Source of the DNA: Eledone cirrhosa
Taxonomy: Eukaryota
Length of the DNA stretch: 64,000 bases
Direction of reading: 5' to 3'
NCBI GenBank assembly: GCA_964016885.1
Contig: OZ024741.1
Coordinates: 21,080,001-21,144,000 of the forward strand
The stretch's first letter is position 1. Every line of letters begins with the position of its first letter. Of this stretch, positions 1 to 12,875 are shown one piece after another. A program made the translations under genes and the position numbers. The notes beneath the pieces were generated by a model, which ran no database searches, was not told where the DNA came from, and was given only the letters and a program-made list of their open reading frames with translations.

Positions 1-3000
1 TGGTGGTAGAACTGTACCGTGGTGTGTGGTGGTAGAACTGTACCGTGGTGTGTGGTGGTAGAACTGTACTGTGGTGTGTGGTGGTAGAACTGTACCGTGG
101 TGTGTGGTGGTAGAACTGTACTGTGGTGTGTGGTGGTAGAACTGTACCGTGGTGTGTGGTGGTAGAACTGTACCGTGGTGTGTGGTGGTAGAACTGTACT
201 GTGGTGTGTGGTGGTAGAACTGTACCGTGGTGTGTGGTGGTAGAACTGTACTGTGGTGTGTGGTGGTAGAACTGTACTGTGGTGTGTGGTGGTAGAACTG
301 TACTTTGGTGTTTGGTGGAAGAACTGTACTGTGTGTGTGGTGGTAGAACTGTACTGTGGTGTGTGGTGGTAGAACTGTACCGTGAGGTGTGGTGGTAGAA
401 CTGTACCGTGCTGTGTGGTAGTAGAACTGTACCGTGGGGTGTGGTGGTAGAACTGTACCGTGGGGGTGTGGTGGTAGAACTGTACCGTGGGGGTGTGGTG
501 GTAGAACTGTACCGTGGGGTGTGGTGGTAGAACTGTACCGTGGGGGTGTGGTGGTAGAACTGTACCGTGGGGTGTGGTGGTAGAACTGTACCGTGCTGTG
601 TGGTAGTAGAACTGTACCGTGGGGTGTGGTGGTAGAACTGTACCGTGGTGTGTGGTAGTAGAACTGTACCGTGGGGGTGTGGTGGTAGAACTGTACCGTG
701 CTGTGTGGTAGTAGAACTGTACCGTGGGGGTGTGGTGGTACAACTGTACACTGGTGTGTGGTGGTAGAACTGTATCGTGGTGTGTGGTGGTAGAACTGTA
801 CTGTGGTGTGTGGTGGTAGAACTGTACTGTGGTGTGTGGTGGTAGAACTGTACCGTGGTGTGTGGTGGTAGAACTGTACTGTGGTGTGTGGTGGTAGAAC
901 TGTACCGTGGTGTGTGGTGGTAGAACTGTACCGTGGTTGTGGTTGTAGAACTGTACTGTGGTGTGTGGTGGTAGAACTGTATCGTGGTGTGTGGTGGTAG
1001 AACTGTACTGTGGTGTGTGGTGGTAGAACTGTATCGTGGTGTGTGGTGGTAGAACTGTACTGTGGTGTGTGGTGGTAGAACTGTACTGTGGTGTGTGGTG
1101 GTAGAACTGTATCGTGGTGTGTGGTGGTAGAACTGTACTGTGGTGTGTGGTGGTAGAACTGTACCGTGGTGTGTGGTGGTAGAACTGTACCGTGGTGTGT
1201 GGTGGTAGAACTGTACTGTGGTGTGTGGTGGTAGAACTGTATCGTGGTGTGTGGTGGTAGAACTGTACTGTGGTGTGTGGTGGTAGAACTGTACCGTGGT
1301 GTGTGGTGGTAGAACTGTACCGTGGTGTGTGGTGGTAGAACTTTACCGTGGTGTGTGGTGGTAGAACTGTACTGTGGTGTGTGGTGGTAGAACTGTACCG
1401 TGGTGTGTGGTGGTAGAACTGTACTGTGGTGTGTGGTGGTAGAACTGCACCGTGGTGTGTGGTGGTAGAACTGCACCGTGGTGTGTGGTGGTAGAACTGT
1501 ACTGTGGTGTGTGGTGGTAGAACTGTACCGTGGTGTGTGGTGGTAGAACTGTACTGTGGTGTGTGGTGGTAGAACTGCACCGTGGTGTGTGGTGGTAGAA
1601 CTGTACTGTGGTGTGTGGTGGTAGAACTGTACCGTGGTGTGTGTGGTGGTAGAACTGTACCGTGGTGTGTGGTGGTAGAACTGTACCGTGGTGTGTGGTG
1701 GTAGAACTGTATCGTGGTGTGTGGTGGTAGAACTGTACTGTGGTGTGTGGTGGTAGAACTGTACCGTGGTGTGTGGTGGTAGAACTGTACCGTGGTGTGT
1801 GGTGGTAGAACTGTACCGTGGTGTGTGGTGGTAGAACTGTATCGTGGTGTGTGGTGGTAGAACTGTACCGTGGTGTGTGGTGGTAGAACTGTACTGTGGT
1901 GTGTGGTGGTAGAACTGTACCGTGGTGTGTGGTGGTAGAACTGTACTGTGGTGTGTGGTGGTAGAACTGTACTGTGGTGTGTGGTGGTAGAACTGTACCG
2001 TGGTGTGTGGTGGTAGAACTGTACTGTGGTGTGTGGTGGTAGAACTGTACTGTGGTGTGTGGTGGTAGAACTGTACCGTGATGTGTGGTGGTAGAACTGT
2101 ACTGTGGTGTGTGGTGGTAGAACTGTACCGTGGTGTGTGGTGGTAGAACTGTACTGTGGTGTGTGGTGGTAGAACTGTACTGTGGTGTGTGGTGGTAGAA
2201 CTGTACCGTGGTGTGTGTGGTGGTAGAACTGTACCGTGGTGTGTGGTGGTAGAACTGTACCGTGGTGTGTGGTGGTAGAACTGTATCGTGGTGTGTGGTG
2301 GTAGAACTGTACTGTGGTGTGTGGTGGTAGAACTGTACTGTGGTGTGTGGTGGTAGAACTGTACCGTGGTGTGTGGTGGTAGAACTGTACTGTGGTGTGT
2401 GGTGGTAGAACTGTACCGTGGTGTGTGGTGGTAGAACTGTACTGTGGTGTGTGGTGGTAGAACTGTACCGTGGTGTGTGTGGTGGTAGAACTGTACCGTG
2501 GTGTGTGGTGGTAGAACTGTACAGTGGTGTGTGGTGGTAGAACTGTACTGTGGTGTGTGGTGGTAGTACTGTACCGTGGTGTGTGGTGGTAGAACTGCAC
2601 CGTGGTGTGTGGTGGTAGAACTGTACCGTGGTGTGTGGTGGTAGAACTGTACTGTGGTGTGTGGTGGTAGAACTGTACTGTGGTGTGTGGTGGTAGAACT
2701 GTACCGTGGTGTGTGGTGGTAGAACTGTACTGTGGTGTGTGGTGGTAGAACTGTACCGTGGTGTGTGTGGTGGTAGAACTGTACTGTGGTGTGTGGTGGT
2801 AGAACTGTACTGTGGTGTGTGGTGGTAGAACTGTACCGTGGTGTGTGGTGGTAGAACTGTACCGTGGTGTGTGGTGGTAGAACTGTACCGTGGTGTGTGG
2901 TGGTAGAACTGTACCGTGGTGTGTGGTGGTAGAACTGTACTGTGGTGTGTGGTGGTAGAACTGTACCGTGGTGTGTGGTGGTAGAACTGTACCGTGGTGT

Positions 3001-3878
3001 GTGTGGTGGTAGAACTGTACTGTGGTGTGTGGTGGTAGAACTGTACTGTGGTGTGTGGTGGTAGAACTGTACCGTGGTGTGTGGTGGTAGAACTGTACCG
3101 TGGTGTGTGGTGGTAGAACTGTACCGTGGTGTGTGGTGGTAGAACTGTACTGTGGTGTGTGGTGGTAGAACTGTACCGTGGTGTGTGGTGGTAGAACTGT
3201 ACTGTGGTGTGTGGTGGTAGAACTGTACCGTGGTGTGTGGTGGTAGAACTGTACCGTGGTGTGTGGTGGTAGAACTGTACTGTGGTGTGTGGTGGTAGAA
3301 CTGTACCGTGGTGTGTGGTGGTAGAACTGTACTGTGGTGTGTGGTGGTAGAACTGTACTGTGGTGTGTGGTGGTAGAACTGTACTGTGGTGTGTGGTGGT
3401 AGAACTGTACTGTGGTGTGTGGTGGTAGAACTGTACTGTGGTGTGTGGTGGTAGAACTGTACCGTGGGGGTGTGGTGGTAGAACTGTACCGTGCTGTGTG
3501 GTAGTAGAACTGTACCGTGGGGTGTTGTGGTAGAACTGTACCGTGGGGGTGTGGTGGTAGAACTGTACCGTGGGGGTGTGGTGGTAGAACTGTACCGTGG
3601 GGTGTGGTGGTAGAACTGTACCGTGGGGGTGTGGTGGTAGAACTGTACCGTGGGGTGTGGTGGTAGAACTGTACCGTGCTGTGTGGTAGTAGAACTGTAC
3701 CGTGGGGTGTGGTGGTAGAACTGTACCGTGGTGTGTGGTAGTAGAACTGTACCGTGGGGGTGTGGTGGTAGAACTGTACCGTGCTGTGTGGTAGTAGAAC
3801 TGTACCGTGGGGGTGTGGTGGTAGAACTGTACCGTGCTGTGTGGTAGTAGAACTGTACCGTGGGGTGTGGTGGTAGAA
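1..3878. repeat. 26-bp minisatellite array (TGGTGGTAGAACTGTACYGTGGTGTG), open at window start
   Basis: Unit recurs at 1, 27, 53 and onward. The 850-aa ORF 1343..3895 is the translation of this array. Confidence 0.97.
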
Positions 3879-3896
3879 CATATATACATATACATA

Positions 3897-4378
3897 TTGT
3901 ATCTTTTGATTTTTATTGTAATTTTTGATTCTAATGTTGGTAAAGGTATATTATTGTATGTTATATTGTATTATATAATATTCCTGCTCTATATAACCAC
4001 CTTTGTTTAGCTCTAGTTTTTGCTTTGGACTATATTTGTAATATGGTTCTTAATGTTATATGCATCCTTAGTAATTATTATCATATATTTTTATTATATA
4101 TTTTTGTAATACTTCAGTTTATGTACACTCCATATTCTTCGGAGATTCCGGCTTGTATCTGCCGATATTACTTCTTGTTGTTTTAATTGCTCTGATGAGT
4201 CCTTAATAGGACGAAACATTGTCGGCTAATAAAGACTTTTGATGTATTGAAGGCTTCTTTGTTTTACTCTCTTAATTTTTCGGCTCTGTTTAACTACATT
4301 GAGCTATACCTTTTACTGTCATTTCTATAATACGAAGAGGGTGTTTAACTCCAACACACTCCAGTATTTTAACCCTTA
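3897..4378 (+). mobile_element. ORF-less PLE-type 3'/pseudo-LTR remnant carrying a hammerhead
   Basis: T-rich segment with an HHR, then AATAAA, ending in (TA)n. Same layout as 42060-42700 (GCTAATAAA...CGGCTCTGT). Confidence 0.55.
4189..4226 (+). ncRNA. minimal type I hammerhead ribozyme
   Basis: GCT-CTGATGA-GTCC(TTAATA)GGAC-GAAA-CATTG-TC-GGC: canonical core, 4-bp stem II, GUC cleavage triplet. Confidence 0.85.
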
Positions 4379-4419
4379 TATATATATATATATATACACA
4401 TACAAACACTAACAATTAA

Positions 4420-5555
4420 GGTGCTGCGATCGAATGTAGCTTTTTAGCCCAGCCACTGATCTAAAATGTCTTGCACAGAGTTGGCAACCAAAACATTCAC
4501 TGGGAATAGCCGGCTGTGGCTGGAGTTCGTGTACTTTTGAGCCCTCCAGCTGATTTACATTCTCTACCACATGCTTGTCAGGCATGATGAGTACATCTCC
4601 AACAGCGGCCTGGTCTTACTGTATGACTGCGAAGATGACTTTCGAGTCCATCTTTGCTTAGGCAGAGTCTCGCACAGACGCTGCATATCAGCACCATAGG
4701 AGGACCTTCGCCGTCTGGAAATGCAACGGTAATGCCCTTCCTCACATCCCGCTTTACTTTCTCGTATGCGATTCGAGATGCCTCAAAGGCAACTTTCCCC
4801 TCATATACAGTCTTTCTCCAGTTATTACGATCAGCAATAACATTTTCAAAGAGGCTTTCAACGAATCCTTATACCTCTTTTTTTTTGTTTATGTGGAGGT
4901 CGTTTTCCTTTAACTAACTCTCCATAAAAGAGTTGTTTTAGTATTCTAGAATCCTTCATCCTGGGAAGGTGTCCACTCCAATGGAGTCTTTGCTTAAGCA
5001 CAAGAGCTTCTATACTTTCACACAGAGAGCTTTCTAAAATCTCGACATCACTGATGTGGTCCCTCCAGTGAACGCCATGGATCCGTCTGAGACACATCTG
5101 ATGGAAACGTCCAATTGTTTAAGGTGGTGTCGATATGTGACCCAGGTCTCGCAGGCATAAAGAAGAGAAGAAAGCATACATGCCTTGTACACCTTTACCT
5201 TTGTCTTCTTGCATATGTCTCGTCGCCTTTCTAGCTTTCCGAAAGCATCACTTGCTTTCCTAATCCTGAGTGGGATTTCATTATCAAGGTTGCTGTATCG
5301 ATTGACAGTGCTTCCCAGGTGGACAAACTGATCAACCACTCCAAGTCGTTTACCATACACATAGATATTTGGTTCACTGTACTGCTTACCAAGGGCAGGT
5401 TGGTACATGACGACGGTTTTCTTGAGACTGGCAGTCAATCCTAGGGCAGTGCGAGCATCAGAAAATACATTAAAAATGTGCTGCATATCACTCTCTGTGT
5501 GCACTACAAGATTGCAATCATATGCATACAAGAGGTCTCTTATGATTGATGTAGA
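4420..5555 (-). mobile_element. RTE-clade LINE, 3' half of RT plus C-terminal C2H2-like finger, decayed
   Basis: ORFs 5034..5531 (YAYDC, LLYACETW) and 4858..5097 (RLHWSGHL, ILKQLFYGEL). CSVC...H-type finger near 4630-4690. Confidence 0.85.
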
Positions 5556-5615
5556 ATTAGTAGAGATATCCGACTAAATACATAATTCATTTTACAAGGA
5601 TTTGCTACAAACAGC

Positions 5616-7535
5616 ATGGCTGAAGACAACATCAACAACAAAATTAAGGAAGTATCGAAGATAAGCAACGAGAAAGGTAACAAACTTTATTCAGTTGTAG
5701 CTACAGAAGAAACCGAAATTATAAATCGCATTTCTCTTGGAGTTGCGAACTTAATAATGATTTATTTAATTGTTATAAAATGGCAAAAAACAATCCCTCC
5801 ATTGGCTATATGAACAGAATGAAGCTACACTGGGACGAAATGCACCCAGAGCTAAATTATTTCACAGCGAAACAATTACGCCAACAAGCGACGTTTGTTG
5901 AACGTAAAAATAAGATAAATAGTATTAATTGTAAGTCCCCCACAACCAACATGGGATCAACAACACGTGCTACAGGTCGCCATGCTACAAGACTTCCTAG
6001 CAGCCAGGTCGAACAGTGCCTTGAAACAACTATGCCTTTAAGAAAGTTGACACCACCTGTACCATCTAAGTCTACCTCGAATGCTGGGGAAAACACTATC
6101 GATAATAATAATAATCGAAGAAATTTGACACCACGTGTACAATCCGAGTATACCTCGACTATTGTGGGAAATACTATCGATAATGATAATAATCAAAGGT
6201 ATAAACAATTGAAAATTTCCCTCAACGAAATCTTCCAGAGAGAAATTAATTCATGTATAAACATCTCTCTTGCTGAACGTGTTAAAACGACAATGTTTAA
6301 TAAAAAAAAAAAACAAATAATAAAATATTACGTGTTATTGACGAAATAGGGGATGAATATTTACGACGAATAAAACCCCCCCACATTTTGGCAAAATAAC
6401 GCGTTTATATGCCTTAGCAACGACAGTGAAGCATTATCTTGGTGATAGCAGAGATATTAACAAGAACAAAACACCACCAAAAATACCATCACATATAACT
6501 AAAATAGAAAAAAAGATTGCTGACCTACGAAAAAACATAGGATATGTGACAATGCTCCTTACATGCAAACAAACAAAAAAACCTCACTCCTCACCTACAA
6601 AGAGTTAAAAATAAAATAGAGACGATGTTTGGTAACAGTAGAATCAGAACTCTTCAATATAAGCTGATCACCCTCAAACAAGAATTGAGAGCTGTTAGCA
6701 AGAAACGTCAATATCTGAAGAAGGTAGATGAAAGAAAAGTGCCTAATAAAAGATTTAGACGAAACCAAACATCAGTCTATAGAGATATGAAGGGCAGACA
6801 TAGATTCCTTTTGGAGAAAAATATGGGGTGAAAAGAAGAATTTCAACCAAGATGCAGTGTGGCTAAAAGAAATCCGAAAGAACTACAACAAAAACATACG
6901 AAATAAGTGAGGGTACCCTTGAGACTGTGATAGGAAAACTCCAAGATAAGAAAACACCAGGAAGAGACATGATTGTCGGCTACTGGTACAAAACACTGAT
7001 ATTCTATCGGAGGTATCTTACAGACCTCTACCAACAAGTTCTTAAGGGAGATACACTTATAACAGAATGGTTGACATTAGTACAAACATTAGTGGTCCCC
7101 AAGAACAAAGACACCCACTTGGCAAAAATCTACCGACCCATTGCATGCCAGAACCTGATGTATAAGATGTATACAGCCTGCCTGAACCTATGACTCCAAG
7201 ATCACTGTGAAAATAATAACATCATCACAGATGAAGAAGCAGCTGGAAAGAACGGGGTTTGGGGATGTGCTGAACAACTAATCAACAAAACTGCGATGTC
7301 GGAGGTGCGACAACTTAGGAGGAATATGGCTACAGTCTGGCTGGACTACAGGAAAGCTTTCGATTCTGTTCCCCACTCTTGGATGATAAAGGCACTCCAG
7401 CTTGCTAAAGTCCCAGACATTATTGTCAGAGCCATAGAGAAGCTGTCTTCTTCTTGGGCTACTATCCTAAGGTTAAAGACAGAGAAGGAGGACTCTATTT
7501 TCACTGATAAAATAAAATATTGCAAGGGTAACATA
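5616..7535 (+). mobile_element. R4/Dong-like non-LTR retrotransposon, fragmented and 3'-truncated
   Basis: N-terminal GYMNRMKLHW...KQLRQQ. RT motifs PGRDMIVGYWYK, YRPIACQNLMYK and WLDYRKAFDSVPHSW. Several stops and frameshifts. Confidence 0.7.
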
Positions 7536-7807
7536 CCGATAGAGAAGGGGAAAGAAGAGGAGTAGCATATGTATGTAGCAGTAACCGAAGCGGGAGAGGG
7601 GAAAAGGTAAACCGGCGGGTGGTGTCAGTCCTGGGGCCTTATTAACAGCAAAATGGAGAGCACACAGAAATTCGTCTGTTCGTGAACATGCGTAAAGAAG
7701 GAGAGACGAAGGAAAACGGTAGTAAGGTATCAGAGACAAAGAGGATAAATGAGTGAGAGAGAGAGGGAGAGAGCCGGACTATGGGAGTGGGAGAGAGAGA
7801 GGGGGTG

Positions 7808-7838
<31 letters not shown>

Positions 7839-7939
7839 GGGAGAAAAGGAGGAAGGAAATGAGTTAAGAATAACAACAGGTGAGATAGAGAGAATAGAAC
7901 GAAAGTCACAGCAATAAAGTAATAAAAATTTAGAAGGGG

Positions 7940-7992
<53 letters not shown>

Positions 7993-7996
<4 letters not shown>

Positions 7997-8183
7997 AAAA
8001 GGTATGACCCCAACGGCAGAGCTCAAGCGATTTCGACAGCTATTTCTGGACTAAATAGTGAATTTAGTCCAGAAATAGCCGTCGGGGGGTCATACCTTTT
8101 CCTATTACCCACTCTACTACCCTAAGTATTGAGTACTCTGGTGCGTTATGGTCCATCTGGTTCCTTACCACAATTCCTTCGTT
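7993..8183 (+). mobile_element. fold-back mini-insertion of PLE family B terminus
   Basis: Inverted piece followed by the sense 3' terminus matching 40090-40233, flanked by (TA)n on both sides. Confidence 0.8.
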
Positions 8184-8322
8184 TTATATATATATATATA
8201 TACATACAGATAAATCCACCAATTTATGGTAGGGTCTAAACCGTATGAAGAACTCAATGAAATCCGTATATAGAAGATGTAATACTATGAATTAACCGTT
8301 TTTTTGTTTAATTTCATTGTTT

Positions 8323-8390
<68 letters not shown>

Positions 8391-8393
<3 letters not shown>

Positions 8394-11300
8394 GAGCCGC
8401 AGATTACCCTTAAAGACCACAAGCCAAACTTTGAGTCCGACCTCCCTGTCAGACTAATAGCCCCCTCCAGATCTGACCTAGGGATCGTCAGTAAAAGAAT
8501 ACTGGATAGGATTTTGCCCAAGCTTCGGAAGAAAACCAAATTACAGCAATAGTCATGCACGGGAGAAGTAATAGAATGGTTCAAAATACTACATGAGAAA
8601 AGTAGGACCAGCTTTATACAACTGGACATCGCAAGCTACTACTCCTCAATCTCACCCATAGTACTCAATAAGGCCCTATTTTTAGCGATGTCCAATACGG
8701 ACCTAACCCGAGAGGAGGTGAGCATCATCCACGCCGCAAGAAAGACCTTAATCCGCTTCGATGGAGACCTTTGGACCAGGAGTGATTGGCCAAATAACTT
8801 TGATATCACGATGGGCTCCAGCGACTCAGCGCAGGTAACGGACCTCGTTGGGCTCTACCTGCTGAAGCAGATTAAAGATGAAAACCGCTGCCTGGGCGGC
8901 GGATTATATCGTGACGATGCTCTATTCACAGTATATGACCACAGCACCAATATGTTGGAGGGTATGAGGAGGCGTATTCGCCATTTCTTTAAAAACCAGG
9001 GGCTCAGCATAGAAATAGACCCAAATATGAAGGTAGTTAACTTCCTAGACACCACCCTAAACCTGAACACCGAGCAATACTACCCCTACCACAAGCCCAA
9101 CGAGAAACTCGTATATGTTAACGCCAAATCAAACCACCCTAGATCCATAACCAAGGCAGTGGTGAAGAGTGTCTCGGACAGGATCTCCAGCCTGTCCGCA
9201 AGTAAGGAAATATTCAATAACCACGCGGAATATTACAACGCAGCTCTAAAGAAGGCGGCACATGGCCAAAATATAACATATAGTCCGAAAAGCCGGGATG
9301 GGGATAGCCCAACAGACACCCACAACCGCGTTGCCCGGGGGGGGGGGCGAACCCTAACAATACAGGCAGAGCAGAATCAAATAGGCACCATGTGCCCGAC
9401 ACCACCACACGGGCGGTGGGGACTAGTGCGCTTGACCACGAGATGGAGCACAATATGAGTAGCAGTCTCAGGCGTGATGCTAACCACCCCAGGACAGACG
9501 ACCCCAACCGCAGGACACGTAGGGGGGAACGGGCGACCACCCCACGATGGATCTCCCGGGGCGGACAACAACCACCCCACAAATCCGGGCGGCGAAGATA
9601 ACAAAAAGCATAGAGCCCAAAGGGGAAGCAACAGTGCGGAAACCACCAGCAACCCAACAAATCTCCAACAAATCACGACGCCCCCGACCCACACATATAG
9701 GAGGAGACACCGAAAAATCACGTGGTACAACCTACCCTACTCAGCGGCCCTAAAGAAAAGCTTGGCCCGATTATTCTTTGGAGCACTTGACAAATGCTTC
9801 CCGAGGGACCACAGATACCACAGGATCTTCAACAGACACACTGTGAAGCTCTCGTATTCCACCACGAGAAATTTGGCCCAACACATAGCTAGCATCAACA
9901 GAAGTAGGCTTAAAAACCACACACAACTAGAAGATGGCAATACAAACACTCAGCAGAACCATGTGAAAGGAGGGAAGGGGGACCCAGAGCCCACCCAAGA
10001 AACCCAAACAGACCCGAGGACCCCCCACTGAGCCTGGGGGAAGACCAACATGTAACACATAACGGGAACCCTAATCTAGGCACGCAGAGGCCGACCACCC
10101 TCTGCAACTGCAGAAACCCCGAATCATGCCCCCTCGGTAATGAATGCCTCAAGAAGAACCTAGTATACGGTTGTAGGGTTAAAACCCCCCAACTCCGAAC
10201 ACCTCTACATAGGAGCCACATCAACGAGATTTAAAGACCGCTGGTACAACCATCGCCATTCATTCAAGAAGGAGGCCAAAAGGAAAAGCACAGCTCTCTC
10301 CGACCTGATCTGGAAGCTTAAGCTGGACAGGACCCCATACTCTCTGGCCTGGTACATAATCAGGAAAGTACCACCCGATAAAGGGGGATCTTGCATATGC
10401 AAACTATGCCTGAACGAGACCCTCGAGATACTAAGAGGTGGAAGCGGCCTGATAAACCTCAGAACCGACTTCGGGACATGGAGACACCTTAGAGCCGGGA
10501 CCTTTCTCAAGATATATGGACAGTAGCAACACAAGAAGATGTGAACTCCCCTCAAGCTATAGGGACTTCTACAGAACATGAAAACACCTCTCGGCCAGAC
10601 CTCCCTCAAGCTATATGGGCAGTAACAACACCCTAGGTTGTGAACTCCCCTCAAGCCATAGGGAACAACCCAGGCTGAGCAGACACCATGATAGCCTAGA
10701 GATAGAATCGGACACAGCCATTATAATTGGGCCAACATCTATATAACACAAACACTTTTTAATTTACTAGATTTCTGATTTTCAAGTTCCAATTTTAAAT
10801 CTTGATTTCTCTTTATTAATTTGTTATTTGTTTTCTGCCCTCTTCACTGTATCACCTTATATTTATTTTTAAGTTGAGATTGATTATAACACAAACACAT
10901 TTAGTTTGATTATCTTATCTTAACATCTTGTCCTCATACCAATCTATCCAACATATTTCTAACCTTGAGATTGGTTATAGCACACACACACTTTATCCTA
11001 CATTATTTTTCACTTCTCCATATTCATTTTCATTACTTTTTCACCAATTTTTCATTTATTCTTTATTCTTTATTCTTTATTCTTTATTCTTTATTCTCTA
11101 TTTATTTATTTATTTTCAATTTATTTTCAAATTATACAAATTATATTAATTATTTTATTATATTATTTATTTATTTTCTGTTTTCTTCATTTATTGCCTT
11201 ATATTTCTTCATATACATGGAAGACCCCCCCCCCCACCACTATGAGAGATGGTGGCAGGAGGGATGAAGAAAACCACACACTGGATACTTCTAAATTGTT

Positions 11301-11865
11301 AGCAGCAGCAAGATATAAGCTGACCACAACACTAACAACACCACCAAAATAATGGTAGAGGTCAAATGTACTTAACAATAGCAAACAAAAACACTACAGG
11401 GAGCCTCACCCCAGAAAGAATTCTATTGACTTCTGACTGAGGAATGCTCTCAGAACTGACCAATGGGAAGTTTGACACTTTTTTTGTTATTTTGTTCCTT
11501 TACCACCTTGTCCCTTCTACCATTTTATCAATTTTTTAAGCTAACTCCAACAATAACAACACTTAGAATGAGGAATGTTCTAATAACTGACCAATGAGAG
11601 GAGAAGAGGACCTTTGACACTGAAATTCGTTTGTTTGAATTCATATGATTCCAGTTCCTCAGTGAAATAACAACCCAACCAGGAACTGGGCATATCAGAG
11701 TATTGACAATATTATACACCTCAACAATATATGTACTTGTCTATACCATACTAATTCAAACTGCCTGAAGAGGTCACAGCCAAAGATGGCTGTCACTGAA
11801 ATATATATAGCAGTTATAAACGAAGCTAAATTTTAATAACTTGACTTTTTATTTAACTTTATTTT
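8391..11865 (+). mobile_element. Penelope-like element (CxCx5C linker subgroup, Hydra-like), 5'-truncated and frameshifted
   Basis: TLKDHK, GLYRDD, VNFLDTTL, WYNLPY, CNCRNPESC, YIG and CKLC motifs in broken frames across 8391-10526. HHR at the 3' end. Starts and ends in (TA)n. Confidence 0.88.
11759..11815 (+). ncRNA. type I hammerhead ribozyme with palindromic stem III
   Basis: AACTGC-CTGAAGA-GGTCACAGCCA(AAGA)TGGCTGTCACT-GAAA-TATATATA-GCAGTT. Confidence 0.85.
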
Positions 11866-12439
11866 ATATATATATATATATGTTGTGCGATATTGTGGTT
11901 TTTATTGTTTGTAACTTCTCTGTTTTTTAGCCTAAGAAAATATATATATGCCTATGTATATAATTACATGTATACATTTATTTTTTTTAATTAATTGAGT
12001 TCTTTACACGAGGAATTGATATTAGTTTTGAAATAACTAATTAACCCGCGTGTGTTTTATATTTTACTCTTAATTCGGCCGGAGATTTACATTCCCATTT
12101 GCCCTTTAAAGCATAACTTTCCGTATTTACTACGATTACGAGATGCGGTTTCTTATTCAGGTACAACCTCTGATTTTAGCCTAAGAAAATATCTATATGC
12201 GTGTGTAATTTATACACGCATATATTTATTTTTTTAATTTCTTAACACGTTGGATTGATAATGTTTTCGAAAAAACTGATTAACCCGCGTGTATATTATT
12301 TTTTTCCTCCTTTCGTGGATCGTAGTTGTCTCCCCTTCCCGCTTAGTGACGCTATAATACTTCCTCAGTCAAAAACTGCTGGAATTTCAAATTTGCCGGT
12401 CATTCGATGCGGGAAGGAGCAACTTAACAGACACGATTT

Positions 12440-12791
12440 TTAACTGTGGTAAGAAATGTTTTTCTTATATCAAAGTTTAATGGGCTTCCACTGATGATTT
12501 ATAAACGCCCACCTAAATATACTCTTACATGAATGTATATTAGGCTTCTACATAAACTGGAAATATTCTCCGAATTTGTAGAAAACTTATAATGAAACAA
12601 TTGTTTGGAATGAGAGATATTTTTTAACTTTAATTATATCTCATAAAATAATACAACTGGCTTTTCCACATAATACATATTGTTAGCACCCCAAACACTT
12701 AAATTGGGTTTATATTAAAATATAACCTAATTTTTGTTGAGTGAGATGGTTACCAGTCAGAGATTAGCTTTAAACTATCTCTGTTATTGTA

Positions 12792-12795
<4 letters not shown>
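12440..12795 (+). mobile_element. ORF-less HHR-bearing unit (solo pLTR-like), homologous to 41740-42060
   Basis: Shared blocks after the HHR (GAGATAT, GTTAGCACCCC, TTTGTTGAGTGAG). Ends in (TA)n. Confidence 0.65.
12486..12610 (+). ncRNA. hammerhead ribozyme with branched domain II
   Basis: TTCCA-CTGATGA-TTTATAA...two hairpins...TTATAAT-GAAA-CAATTG-TT-TGGAA. Confidence 0.75.

Positions 12796-12871
<76 letters not shown>

Positions 12872-12875
<4 letters not shown>

Noticed and set aside
1343-3895. 850-aa His/Thr/Pro-rich ORF
   Set aside because: It is the translation of a 26-bp array cycling through all frames, with its start in a microsatellite.
8240-8275. ATGAAGAACTCAATGAAA motif, also near 55333
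   Set aside because: It resembles a core but lacks stems I and II; it is only a short shared repeat.
10020-10060. In-frame TGA as selenocysteine in a PLE
   Set aside because: Read-through hits TAA within eight codons, and the conserved motifs continue in another frame, so this is a frameshift.
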